A stretch of 64,000 bases of DNA. It comes from Ktedonobacteraceae bacterium. Lineage in GTDB: Bacteria; Chloroflexota; Ktedonobacteria; Ktedonobacterales; Ktedonobacteraceae. The position numbers were made by a program, and so were the translations under genes. The stretch's first letter is position 1. Every line of letters begins with the position of its first letter. The stretch covers positions 31,908-95,907 of the forward strand of contig DAOTTD010000185.1 in the NCBI GenBank assembly GCA_034438015.1, given 5' to 3'. The notes beneath the pieces were generated by a model that saw only the letters and a list, made by a program, of their open reading frames with translations, had not been told where the DNA came from and searched no databases. Positions 27,295-36,843 of the stretch are shown here, piece by piece.

Positions 27295-27364
27295 TCCTAT
27301 AGTACAGATCGGTAGAAAACATCGACAGAATGCGGTCCTATAGTGCATAATGAAGAAACGTTTC
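27295..27364. promoter_or_regulatory. Direct repeat pair plus a 10-bp palindrome in the LysR / zinc-ribbon divergent region
   Basis: TCCTATAGTACA (27295-27306) and TCCTATAGTGCA (27336-27347), 11 of 12 bases identical. GAAACGTTTC palindrome at 27355-27364. Confidence 0.3.
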
Positions 27365-27429
27365 TATTTTAGAAGAGATGTAGCGTCTTTTCGGCGTTCG
27401 GCCATTCGCGAGTAGGAAGCGTCTGTGAG

Positions 27430-28038
27430 ATGAAACTCTGTCCGCAATGCAATTTCGAAAATATCAGAAACAGTTTTTATTGCGAGCGCTGTGGCACGCT
27501 GTTGCCCGCCAATAAGGCGCAAGCGACGAAGACAACGGCTCCATCACGAGTCCAGGAGTCTATGCTGCCCTTGTTGGAGATATATACGCCAACGCCACCT
27601 CCACCACCCCCGCTACCCCCTGGGATCGTATATTCTCAGCAGGTGATCGAGTCTTTGCCTTCGCACGCGAGCAGTGTCCTGGATATCACTGTACGCGTAC
27701 TCCTCTACCTGACCGGTACGCTTATCGCCTCCTTCGGACTGTTCGGATTTCTCACCGCGTTCATGAGCACCTCGGCGGCCATCGTGGGCTTCTTATTCCT
27801 ATTTATGAGTAGCGTCGTTATCCTGGTCATCGCACTCATCCTGCACCTGGTGCCGTACCTGTCCTGGTGGCAGCGGCTGGTGGGCATGCTCACGGTCACA
27901 GGGGTGATATTTGTCGTCTTGCTCATTGGAGCAGCTATCGTCAGCAAGCAGGGAAGCGGTAGTAAGGCACCGGATGTCATCTATGGTAGCATCGTCACCA
28001 TCTATGGCGTCGTATTGGCAGCAACCGCCGTGTGGTAA
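27430..28038 (+). CDS. Zinc-ribbon membrane protein
   Basis: N-terminal CPQC-x13-CERC ribbon, a Pro-rich linker (PTPPPPPPLPPG) and about 4 C-terminal TM helices. Confidence 0.65.
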   Translation: MKLCPQCNFENIRNSFYCERCGTLLPANKAQATKTTAPSRVQESMLPLLEIYTPTPPPPPPLPPGIVYSQQVIESLPSHASSVLDITVRVLLYLTGTLIASFGLFGFLTAFMSTSAAIVGFLFLFMSSVVILVIALILHLVPYLSWWQRLVGMLTVTGVIFVVLLIGAAIVSKQGSGSKAPDVIYGSIVTIYGVVLAATAVW

Positions 28039-28298
28039 TATCTAAGCGTCCAATCTACTAATCCCAGAGATGGAGAAATGTGGCATGACGGAATCGTCGG
28101 AGCAAAATAAACCGAATAACCCTTTTATTATGCAAGAGAGCAGCCCGCAGCTCGCATGGCTCTTTAACCTTGACGCCGTGGTGACCAGGGAGTTTTACCT
28201 CCATTCCGCCTCTTCGCTTAGTTGCAGTGGGGCACAGCGATCTAGACGAAAGAGCCTGGAGGCAACTACCAAGCTCTTTCGTCTCCCACTTCACAAGT

Positions 28299-30755
28299 TC
28301 AGGATACTACCAGGAACAACTCCCTCCCTTCAGCATTTGTCAACTGGCTCGTCTCTCCAGGCTCCTCAACAAGGATAGCACGGGCGCGGGTAGCGCTCTT
28401 GAGGTCGACGAGGGCAGTAGACAGCGCCGGGTGAAGCGCTACCGGGGCGCTGACATGCAGCGCATCCAGTTCGGTGCCGACGGAGAGGCCGTGCTCGGCT
28501 TTGTAGCGGCGAACCTGGCGCAGCAGGTCCAGCAGCATTTTGCCCACCTCTTCGGCCCCCGCGTCGATCTCCTCGGCGCGCGTGGTGGGCCAGGACGACA
28601 GGTGGATGGAGACCGCACCATCCCATTGCCGGAAAAGCCCCTGGTAGATCTCTTCGGTGATGTAGGGCAGGTACGGCGCCAGCAGTTGCAGGGCAGTGAG
28701 CAGGGCGCGATAGAGCGTCCACTGCGCGGCCCGACGTTCAGCGCTATCCTCGCGATAGAGGCGGGCCTTTGCCAGTTCCAGGTAGTTGTCGCAGAGGTCC
28801 GACCAGAAGAAACGCTCGACCTCGGCCCGCGCCGCCGCATACTCGCCGCGCGGCAGTTCGTCTGTCGCATACAGCGTGGTGCGCGCCAGGCGCGAAAGGA
28901 GCCAGCGGTCCATTGCCAGCAAGAGCTCAGGAGCCGGGCCGTTCAGCAGGGAAGCGTCGCACCCCTGCAGACAGCGTTCAGCCAGGCGGGAGGCGTTCCA
29001 GAGCTTGGTAACGAGCCGCCGACCCGTGGCGAGCATCTCGGGATTGAAGGACGTATCGCTTCCGGTCTTGATCGAGGTCGCCCAGTAGCGCAGCGCGTCC
29101 GCCGACTCCTGCTCGATCAGGGCCACGGGTCCGGCGGCGCCGTGCGCCTTCGATTTGGAGATCTTGCTGCGCTCAGCCGAGAGCGCGTGACCGGAGATCA
29201 TGATCGAGCGCCAGGGGATCTCGTTGGTATGGTAGAGTGCCTTGACGATCGTATAAAAGGCCCAGGTACGGATGATATCGTGCGCCTGGGGCCGCAAGTT
29301 CGCCGGGAAGTGTTGCGCGAACCAGGTCGGGTCATCGGTCCAGTGACCGATGATCAGCGGTGAGCAGGATGAGGTAGCCCAGGTATCCATAACGTCCGGC
29401 TCCGGCTCAAAATCCGTCGAACCGCAGGCACAGGGCCGCGAGGGAGCTGTGATCCTGGGATCGAGGGGCAATTGCTCCAGCGCAGCCAGCAGCATCTCGC
29501 CGCACGTGCGACACATCCACGCCGGAAAAGGAACGCCGAGGAAGCGCTGGCGCGAGATGCACCAGTCCCACTGCAGGTTCGCGACCCAGTGCTCGTAGCG
29601 CGCACGCATGTACTCGGGATGCCAGTCAATCTCGCGCCCGGCGGCCAGGAAGCGCTCCTTTTGATCCAGGACACGGATAAACCACTGCCTCGTATGCAGG
29701 TATTCGACGGGTGTAGAGCAGCGCTCATGGGTTCCGATACTGTGCTCAATGCTCTCCTGGTGCAGGATCAAGCCCTGCTCAGCCAGGTGCGCCAGGATAC
29801 GTTGGCGCGCCGCAACGACAGGCAGACCGGCGTAGGGGCCTGCCGTCATGCGTCCAGCACGGTCAAGCGCGGAGCGTAGAGGTAACTGATGCGCGCGCCA
29901 CCAGCGAACGTCGGTGGAGTCGCCGAAGGTGCAGCACATGACGGCACCGCTGCCCTTCGCGGGATCAACCAGCTCATCACCCAGGATAGGGACCTCGATA
30001 CGCGCCTCCTGTGAGAAGGCGTCACTCTCGATGCTCGCAGTCGATCCGATCAGGTGGGCATAGCGCGCATCAGAGGGATGAACGAAGATGGCAACGCAGG
30101 CAGGCAGGAGCTCCGGGCGCGTAGTGGCAATGGGCAACGTACCGCCATCCTGCCGACGGAAGGCTAGCGTCGTGAAGAGCGTCGGCAGCGTAATATCGTC
30201 GACCTCGGCCTGCGCGATGGCGGTCTGGCATTCGGGACACCAGAGTGTCGGCGCGACCTGTGTATAGGCGAGACCGGCCAGGTAGAGCTGAATAAATGAC
30301 CATTGCGAGGTGCGCTGAGCGAGCGGCGAGATGGTGGAATAGCGATAGTTCCAATCGACGCTCAGACTCAGGCGACGCCAGAGCGCCTCGAAGCGGTCCT
30401 CCGTCTGCTGAATCAGGTTATGGCAGTGTGCGAGGAACTCGCCGCGCTCCATCTCGGTTGCCTTACGCTTGATAGTTTTTTCGACGAAGCGCTCGGTGGG
30501 CAGGCCGTTGTCGTCGAAGCCCATGGGGTAGAAGACGCGCTCGCCGCGCATTCTGTGGAAGCGTGCGATAACGTCCGTCTGCGTGTAGGAATAACAATGA
30601 CCGATGTGCAGTTCACCGGAGACGGTCAGGGGCGGTGTATCGATGGTATAGATGGGGCCAGAGCCGACGGCATCGAATGTGAACAGGTTGGCAGCGGACC
30701 AGGAGCGGGCGAGGCGGGGTTCGGCCTCGCGAAAGTTGTAGCGGTCGGGCAGCAT
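28299..30755 (-). CDS. valS: Valine--tRNA ligase (about 820-aa archaeal/actinobacterial-like type)
   Basis: Class I HIGH (LHIGHCYSY) and KMSKS (KISKSK) motifs. TPPLTVSGELHIGH...PMGFDDNGLPTER. Upstream T-box with a GUG specifier. ATG at 30755 follows AAGGAG. Confidence 0.85.
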   Translation of the reverse strand: MLPDRYNFREAEPRLARSWSAANLFTFDAVGSGPIYTIDTPPLTVSGELHIGHCYSYTQTDVIARFHRMRGERVFYPMGFDDNGLPTERFVEKTIKRKATEMERGEFLAHCHNLIQQTEDRFEALWRRLSLSVDWNYRYSTISPLAQRTSQWSFIQLYLAGLAYTQVAPTLWCPECQTAIAQAEVDDITLPTLFTTLAFRRQDGGTLPIATTRPELLPACVAIFVHPSDARYAHLIGSTASIESDAFSQEARIEVPILGDELVDPAKGSGAVMCCTFGDSTDVRWWRAHQLPLRSALDRAGRMTAGPYAGLPVVAARQRILAHLAEQGLILHQESIEHSIGTHERCSTPVEYLHTRQWFIRVLDQKERFLAAGREIDWHPEYMRARYEHWVANLQWDWCISRQRFLGVPFPAWMCRTCGEMLLAALEQLPLDPRITAPSRPCACGSTDFEPEPDVMDTWATSSCSPLIIGHWTDDPTWFAQHFPANLRPQAHDIIRTWAFYTIVKALYHTNEIPWRSIMISGHALSAERSKISKSKAHGAAGPVALIEQESADALRYWATSIKTGSDTSFNPEMLATGRRLVTKLWNASRLAERCLQGCDASLLNGPAPELLLAMDRWLLSRLARTTLYATDELPRGEYAAARAEVERFFWSDLCDNYLELAKARLYREDSAERRAAQWTLYRALLTALQLLAPYLPYITEEIYQGLFRQWDGAVSIHLSSWPTTRAEEIDAGAEEVGKMLLDLLRQVRRYKAEHGLSVGTELDALHVSAPVALHPALSTALVDLKSATRARAILVEEPGETSQLTNAEGRELFLVVS

Positions 30756-30777
30756 AGCGTGGTACTCCTTTTTCTCA

Positions 30778-31049
30778 CGATAAAACAAGTGCCGCCTCTT
30801 CCCAAGGACGAGGGCAGCCAGCTCGCGGTACCACCTTGTTTCGACAATCGACCCGCCCAACCAGAACATGGGTCGATTCTCCTCTAGCAGCGTTAACGGG
30901 CATACCCGGAAGACCCTACAGCGTTTTACGACGCCTCGAATCCTCGACTCGCGAGTCACGTTCGAGAGGCATATGCGCAGAAGGCTTCCACCCGGTGGCC
31001 TTCATTCTCTGTCGCAACGGATCTCTCTACTCCGCTCGTTCAAAGTCCC
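30778..31049 (-). promoter_or_regulatory. T-box riboswitch leader (Val specifier GUG) controlling valS
   Basis: RNA-sense AACAAGGUGGUACCGCGAGC T-box motif (plus-strand 30824-30835 for the core). Stem I shows AGUA/GAA S-turn elements and a specifier loop GAAC-GUG-A (GUG = plus 30957-30959). The terminator helix reuses the T-box 3' half and is followed by UUUUA. Confidence 0.75.
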
Positions 31050-31067
31050 AATATTAACGTATACTAA

Positions 31068-31096
31068 ATAGTACATGCTTATCGGTGACCCGTCAA
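31068..31096 (-). promoter_or_regulatory. Candidate promoter for the valS T-box leader (TTGACG-N17-TACTAT)
   Basis: Plus-strand CGTCAA at 31091-31096 and ATAGTA at 31068-31073 with a 17-nt spacer. Confidence 0.5.
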
Positions 31097-31211
31097 GTGT
31101 TTTGAATAGCTTCACCTACAAAAGCATGGCTCAAGATGAAGAGGTAATTCGATGAAACTTTTCCATATAGCTTGACGTGAATGCGAATAGATACCGTAGA
31201 AGCGAGAGAAA

Positions 31212-31565
31212 GTGAGAACTATCGTTATGCCACAATGGGATCAGCATAGTATTCGCGCACATATGCGTGCCTTCTCCTCGGACAACAAGGATCTGGGCCA
31301 TATAGCCCAGGTTTACGAGGATTCATTCAAAATCGAAAAGGGCTTGCTCTTCTTCACCGACCGCTATATCCCATACAGCGCCATCGCCTCGGTTGACAAT
31401 GACCGCGTGCAACTGGCGATGAGCGCGGACGAAGCTATCAACAACGATGAATGGAAGGTGCGACCGAACTACGAAGATCACCTGGGCGATCCAACGCAGC
31501 TCATGTATGATCGCGGGCATGGCATTCACGACCCGTTCGACGAGGATAATCCAGACCTACCCTGA
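31212..31565 (+). CDS. Small PRC-barrel/DUF2171-like hypothetical protein
   Basis: LGHIAQVYEDSFKIEKG....IPYSAIASVDNDRVQL pattern. GTG start at 31212; alternative ATG at 31227. Confidence 0.45.
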   Translation: MRTIVMPQWDQHSIRAHMRAFSSDNKDLGHIAQVYEDSFKIEKGLLFFTDRYIPYSAIASVDNDRVQLAMSADEAINNDEWKVRPNYEDHLGDPTQLMYDRGHGIHDPFDEDNPDLP

Positions 31566-31848
31566 GAGGGCCACACGCCTGCTATGGAGAGAAAAGCGCT
31601 TCAAGATGGATGAAGTGGAGGTAAGGGCCAGCCGGAGGAAGATAAGGTTAGAACCTGACTTTATTTAGGGTAATTACCCGATGTTATCGCCCTATCCACT
31701 CTTTTACAATTAGGGAGAAGAGAGAGTGAAGAATGGATGCATACCCTATCAGCATAAACATGCCTGTGTGCCTGTGTATGTTGACCACGAGGCCATACGG
31801 AGCCGACGCTGATCTTGTCGGTAAGTTTCCTGAAGGGAGCGTGGAATC

Positions 31849-32967
31849 ATGGCAATAGTTAATCCTGTGAGCGATAAGCGTAGAAGCGTCAGAAGTTCGA
31901 TGATAAAGACTAAGTTTACCTCTACCACCGTACCCGATTTTGATGTAGACCTGGACAGCTCGCCCGTTGACGACGTTCCAGGGCGGCACACGGAGCCGCT
32001 GGTGGATATAGGGGCTGCACTGGTGGCGGCAGATGTATTGCTGGATGATGCAGAGGACGAGGACAGCAGCGAGATTGAAGCCCTGGATACATCCTCCACC
32101 CGTTCAAGACGCCCAACAGTCACCAGCACACGGCAAGCCACTGGCGCTGAAGATGCTTTTCAGAGCTACCTGCGCGACATCCGTGGACTCGGACTGCTGA
32201 CCCATACGGAGGAGATCGATCTTGCACAACGCGCCGCCGCCGGCGATGAACTGGCCCGGCGCAAACTGATCGAATCGAACCTGCGCCTGGTGATCGCCAT
32301 CGCGCGTCGCTACACCAGCACGGGAGTTCCACTGATCGATCTTATCCAGGAGGGCAACCTGGGCTTGATGCGCGCCGCCGAGAAATTCGACTACCAGCGC
32401 GGTTGCCACTTCGGAACCTACGCCACGTGGTGGATTCGCCAGGCGGTCAGTCGCGCGGCGGGTGAGCAGTCGCGCCTGATCCACCTCCCCGAACATGTAG
32501 CGACCCGTTTGCGCAAGGTACGCCGCATCGCGGCGCAATTGTCGCAAGAAAACGGTCTCGATCCACTGCCAGAACAGATCGCCAACGCATGCAATATAGA
32601 TGTAAACGAAGTTATCGACCTGCTCGGGGTGATCGAGCAGCCCGTTTCCCTCGACGCGCCCGTTGATGACGAAGCGCGCTACTCACTGGCCGACACTCTG
32701 GAAGACAGCACGACACCGGCCCCGTCTGAGACCGCGTCGCAGCACCTGCTAGGCGAAGAGCTGCACCGCGCCCTGGCCCTGCTCACACCCCGCGAGCGCT
32801 CGGTGATCACGCTGCGCTACGGCATAGGCGACGGACGCAGCCGGACGCTGCTGGAGGTCGGCAAAGAGCTCGGTATCTCGCGCGAACGCGTACGACAACT
32901 TGAAGTGGTCGCACTGATGAAGCTGCGCGGCATCAGCGGGCACGCGGCGTTACGCGAGTGCGTGTGA
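31849..32967 (+). CDS. RNA polymerase sigma-70 factor (group 1/2, RpoD-like)
   Basis: Regions 1.2 through 4.2: [84 protein letters not shown]. Confidence 0.9.
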   Translation: MAIVNPVSDKRRSVRSSMIKTKFTSTTVPDFDVDLDSSPVDDVPGRHTEPLVDIGAALVAADVLLDDAEDEDSSEIEALDTSSTRSRRPTVTSTRQATGAEDAFQSYLRDIRGLGLLTHTEEIDLAQRAAAGDELARRKLIESNLRLVIAIARRYTSTGVPLIDLIQEGNLGLMRAAEKFDYQRGCHFGTYATWWIRQAVSRAAGEQSRLIHLPEHVATRLRKVRRIAAQLSQENGLDPLPEQIANACNIDVNEVIDLLGVIEQPVSLDAPVDDEARYSLADTLEDSTTPAPSETASQHLLGEELHRALALLTPRERSVITLRYGIGDGRSRTLLEVGKELGISRERVRQLEVVALMKLRGISGHAALRECV

Positions 32968-32983
32968 GCGCGAAGGATATTGC

Positions 32984-33014
32984 AAAAGGACACTGTTGGA
33001 GGTGTCCTTTTTTG
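32984..33014 (+). terminator. Rho-independent terminator after the sigma factor gene
   Basis: AAAGGACAC-tgttggag-GTGTCCTTT followed by TTTT. Confidence 0.8.
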
Positions 33015-33181
33015 TTGGGCAGGAGCATCCTGCCAGCTCTCACGGTACTAATACTCTCGACGCTCGGTGAGCGATATGATATACTACGCGGCGATTACAG
33101 TATCGCAAATACTATGCCGAACGTTTTCTATTTTGACAAATTATTTCAATCACCCGGAATCCGTAGCACTGAGGACTGTTT

Positions 33182-34948
33182 ATGAACACGAAAATCGACA
33201 ACACGCCAAAGGATGACGCGGCCTATCCACCATCTAAACAATCGGAACAGTCGAAAGAGCGTATACACCGACGATTTTCAGGGATCGATGTCGCTATTCT
33301 ATGCGCCCTGGCCCTCGTGGCACTGATACCACGCATTATTCTTGCCGGGCAACTCGATGTAGTTACCGACGAGGTTGTCTATATTCTGGGCGGCAAGATC
33401 TATCTCCCGCTCCTGGCACATCTGAAGATCGGAGCGAGCGGCTGGATGTTCAACTACGAGCACCCGCCTTTCGTGAAACTGCTCATCGGGCTGGCGCTGG
33501 TCTTCAATTCAGCGCTGGGCCATCCCCTGGGAGAGCTCTTCGCGGCGCGCATTCCCAGTATTCTCTTCGGGACGCTGCTCGTGGTGGCGCTCTATGTGCT
33601 GGGACGCGGACCGGTTGGCAGGGCAACGGCGCTCCTGGCCGCGCTCTGCCTCGCTGTCAGTCCCTGGTTGGTGTACTTCAGCGCCCTGGCCTACCTGGAT
33701 ATGACGATGACTGCGCTGATCACGGTCGCCTACCTTCTGCTGTGGTACGCGATCCGGCGGCCATGGCTCTACCTGGTTGTGGCGGCGCTGACGGGCCTGG
33801 CAACGGCAAGCAAGTATACAGCATTACTGGCAATACCAGGGATAGTCCTCTTTATCGCCTATTATTACCTGGCGCTGCGGCCCCGACTTCCCGCCAAGCA
33901 GCGCCCTCCCTTTCCCTGGAAATGGTGGGTGGGCGCGCTTATGGTGGCACCGCTCACCTTCCTCGCAGTCGATCCGGCGATCTGGCCGCAACCTGTCGCG
34001 CTGCTCCATCACAGCTTCGGCTTCGAGTTCAACCATTCGATCAATGGGCATCTCACCTTTCTGGCCGGAACCTATAGCCTGCATGTGCCGCACTGGGCTA
34101 TCCTCTACATCATCTTCACCAAGATGAGCGCCTTTGTGACGATTCCGGCGGCCTTCTTCGCCCTCTTCGCGGTCGTGCAACTGGTACGTTTCCATCTCCG
34201 CGCGGGCAATGTGCAGGTCGCAGAGGCGACCATGCTGGGCTTCCTGTTCATCTGGCTGATCGCTATTCTGGGAATGTTCAGTCTGCTCAATATCGTCGTG
34301 GGGACGCACTATCACCTGCCATTGGCGGCACCAGTGGCGATGGCGGGAGCCGCCGGGCTGGCGATCATTCTGCGCTATCGACGCGGCTCGCTGTTCGCCA
34401 GAGATCAGGTCCAGGCAGCAACGGGTGAGACGATAAAAGAGCCTGCAAAAGTCGCCAGGAAAGTGCGGATCAATCCGCGCGCGGCTGGCGTGCTAGCGAT
34501 CATGGCACTTTTTATGATCGGCTCACACCTCTTTGGCCTGATTACGGTACGCGACGCGGAAGGCTATACGAGCGAGTTCCTCCCGAACGAGAATAACGCG
34601 CTGCAGGTCGCTTACCCTGGGTACCGGGACGCGATCCAATGGATCGCGACGCAGGACAGCAATCCCGCGCATATAGGGCTGGTGGCGCTGCCGGGCACGC
34701 TCACCGGGGACTCCAGCGCGGCATCGTGGTTCACATATAACCAGGATCTCCCTAAACGCTTTGCCCTGACCGAGGTTCACCCGACCGACAAGAGCTTTGC
34801 CGACGACAACTATCTCGTCTGGCCTATGCACCTGGTACAGCGCGGCTACGCCATCCCTGCGGGCTGGCGCGCACACATCGTCCATATCGTTATGGGCGGA
34901 CAGACGGTCTATTGTTATATCCTGGCAAATCCCAATGGATCACAATAA
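33182..34948 (+). CDS. GT-C fold glycosyltransferase, family 39 / ArnT-PMT_2-like
   Basis: More than 10 TM helices. Early loop EHPPFVKLLIG is typical of PMT_2/ArnT-type enzymes. Confidence 0.65.
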   Translation: MNTKIDNTPKDDAAYPPSKQSEQSKERIHRRFSGIDVAILCALALVALIPRIILAGQLDVVTDEVVYILGGKIYLPLLAHLKIGASGWMFNYEHPPFVKLLIGLALVFNSALGHPLGELFAARIPSILFGTLLVVALYVLGRGPVGRATALLAALCLAVSPWLVYFSALAYLDMTMTALITVAYLLLWYAIRRPWLYLVVAALTGLATASKYTALLAIPGIVLFIAYYYLALRPRLPAKQRPPFPWKWWVGALMVAPLTFLAVDPAIWPQPVALLHHSFGFEFNHSINGHLTFLAGTYSLHVPHWAILYIIFTKMSAFVTIPAAFFALFAVVQLVRFHLRAGNVQVAEATMLGFLFIWLIAILGMFSLLNIVVGTHYHLPLAAPVAMAGAAGLAIILRYRRGSLFARDQVQAATGETIKEPAKVARKVRINPRAAGVLAIMALFMIGSHLFGLITVRDAEGYTSEFLPNENNALQVAYPGYRDAIQWIATQDSNPAHIGLVALPGTLTGDSSAASWFTYNQDLPKRFALTEVHPTDKSFADDNYLVWPMHLVQRGYAIPAGWRAHIVHIVMGGQTVYCYILANPNGSQ

Positions 34949-34967
34949 GAGAGATGAGAATATAGGC

Positions 34968-36389
34968 ATGATGCAACAGAAACACAGGCACTATCTACTC
35001 GATATCTTGCTGCTCCTGCTCGTGAGCGCGCTCCTCTACTATGGCGTGTTCTGGAAAAACCTGAACGTGCTCAGCGGAGCCGAGAACGATACGGATGCTG
35101 CAAAGTACGAGTGTTACGCCGTCGCATTCTGGCACGGGCAGGCGGCGACGCGTGCTCTGCCGGCGGCTCAGTGCTCTTTTCTCACCCATCCAACTACGCC
35201 ATCGATCTCTCAGGGACAGATTGTGCAGAGCATGAAGCGCTACGGTATGCCAGATGGACTGGTCCAGTTCGTGGCGAACCAATCAGCCACGCAGCCTTTC
35301 CACGCCCTGCCACATGAGTATCCATTGTTGACGCTGATACCGTTCTCGCTCGGGCTGGTTGCGCCCTATGACTGGTACCTGGTCGCTTTTGCGTTGTGGA
35401 TGATTCTTTTCATTGCAGCTACCTACTTTGTGCTCAAGCGCTTTGCCTCCGATGGAGCTGCGTATGCCTTCGCGTTCTACATGGTCGTTGGCTGCTGGGT
35501 GACGGGGGCGGGACGCTTCGATATTCTCCCTTCGGCCCTCACCTTGCTTGCCATACTCTGCGCCGAACGAGCGCGCTGGCGATGGGCCTTTGCGCTGCTC
35601 GCGCTTGCGACGCTGCTCAAATTTTATCCTGTCGTGCTGCTAGTACCGTTTCTTATCGCGCAACAGACACAACTTAAAGAAAAGTGGTATGTATGGTCCA
35701 GATTTGTGCCGTTGGTAGTGTTTGTAGCGATCTGCGCGCTCGTCACAGCGGTCTCGCTGCTGCTGAGCGTCGAGGGGACGCTCGGTCCGCTCGGTTATTT
35801 CGGCACGCGTCCGATTGAGTTGGAGTCCAGCCTGGCATCGCTGGTGTGGGCGGTCAGTGCGGTATTCGGAAAAGCAGTTACCTACCAGTTCAGTTTCGGC
35901 TCGCGCAACATCCTCAGTCCGCTCTCGTCCGATGCGACGCAGCTGGGAACGGTTGTGCTCCTGGGAGGATTGCTCTATACGTTCTGGCTGCAATGGCGGG
36001 CGAAGATCGGCCTGGCGCTGGCCTGCCTGTTGACGCTGCTGATCGTGATGCTCACGGGCAAGATCTTCAGCGCACAGTACCTGATCTGGGTCGCTCCGCT
36101 GGTCGCTTATATAGGCAGGGGAAACTGGCGCTGGCTCGTCGGGTGGGGGAGCGTGTGCCTGCTCACGACGGTGATCTATCCGTTTCTTTACGAGCCAAAC
36201 AAATTTCCGTTCGGTGCGCTGCTGCCACCATTCAGCGCGACGGTGCTTGTACGCAACGTGCTGCTGTTGCTCTTCACCTGCGCTCTGCTCTATGCGGCTT
36301 CGCGGAGTCGTCGGCGGGTTGAGGAAAGCGGAGCGATGGAAGATACTACAGCACAGCTTGCCAGCCCGGTACTCGACAAGCGAGGATAA
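34968..36389 (+). CDS. GT-C fold membrane glycosyltransferase-like protein (DUF2029/GT87-like); paralog of 58411-59853
   Basis: Polytopic. Shares blocks with the paralog: YECYA/YQCYA, FHALPHEYPLL/FHALPHEYPML, KFYPV, SAQYLIWV/SPQYLIWV. Start is ambiguous (34935 or 34968). Confidence 0.6.
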   Translation: MMQQKHRHYLLDILLLLLVSALLYYGVFWKNLNVLSGAENDTDAAKYECYAVAFWHGQAATRALPAAQCSFLTHPTTPSISQGQIVQSMKRYGMPDGLVQFVANQSATQPFHALPHEYPLLTLIPFSLGLVAPYDWYLVAFALWMILFIAATYFVLKRFASDGAAYAFAFYMVVGCWVTGAGRFDILPSALTLLAILCAERARWRWAFALLALATLLKFYPVVLLVPFLIAQQTQLKEKWYVWSRFVPLVVFVAICALVTAVSLLLSVEGTLGPLGYFGTRPIELESSLASLVWAVSAVFGKAVTYQFSFGSRNILSPLSSDATQLGTVVLLGGLLYTFWLQWRAKIGLALACLLTLLIVMLTGKIFSAQYLIWVAPLVAYIGRGNWRWLVGWGSVCLLTTVIYPFLYEPNKFPFGALLPPFSATVLVRNVLLLLFTCALLYAASRSRRRVEESGAMEDTTAQLASPVLDKRG

Positions 36390-36843
36390 TATTCCGGACA
36401 AAGCATAAGAATGTTGAACCTTCGCTTTTTCTCGCAATTTGCTGTGCTTACATTATTATCTCAGCAATCGTTTTAATTCTTTATAGATAAAGAAGGTAGA
36501 ACTCTTTATTAAACGCCGTCCATTAGAGGCTGTAGATATAGGAGAGTTCCTCTGTGTGCAAGCGGGCAGCACATTCTCAAAGCCCTCTGCAAGCCCATGC
36601 ACAGGAACCATGCTCTTTTCTACAAGATCTTCGCAATACTCTATAAATAAGGATCATTGTACTTGATAAGTTCCATATTTTATGTTACCATTTCCTGGTT
36701 GAGTCCTTTTACTAAGTGGCTGTTAAGATTTCCACAGCCATCGCCAAATCGTGTTGTCATCTCCCTGTTTATTGTGTACGTTTTCTCTATTTGTAGGATG
36801 TAATACTTCTCTCTATGGTAGAGATTATCCTAGGAGGGATCTC

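Noticed and set aside
27595-27625. Pro-codon-rich repeat (ccaccacc...) as a possible tandem repeat element
   Set aside because: It simply encodes the poly-Pro linker of the zinc-ribbon membrane protein.
28227-29363. 378-aa plus-strand ORF opposite valS
   Set aside because: Shadow ORF with a biased Arg/Gly/Ala composition. The minus-strand frame has HIGH/KMSKS motifs and is the real gene.
30951-30962. Reading the T-box specifier as CGU (Arg) from the GAA-CGU-G register
   Set aside because: The downstream gene is clearly not ArgRS. The register that places the codon plus a purine directly against the lower stem gives GUG-A (Val), matching the ValRS-type enzyme. The ambiguity is flagged in the finding.
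35640-36437. 265-aa minus-strand ORF; similar ORFs at 54679-55446 and 58867-59451
   Set aside because: Arg/Gln/Glu-rich antisense frames of polytopic membrane protein genes. No motifs.
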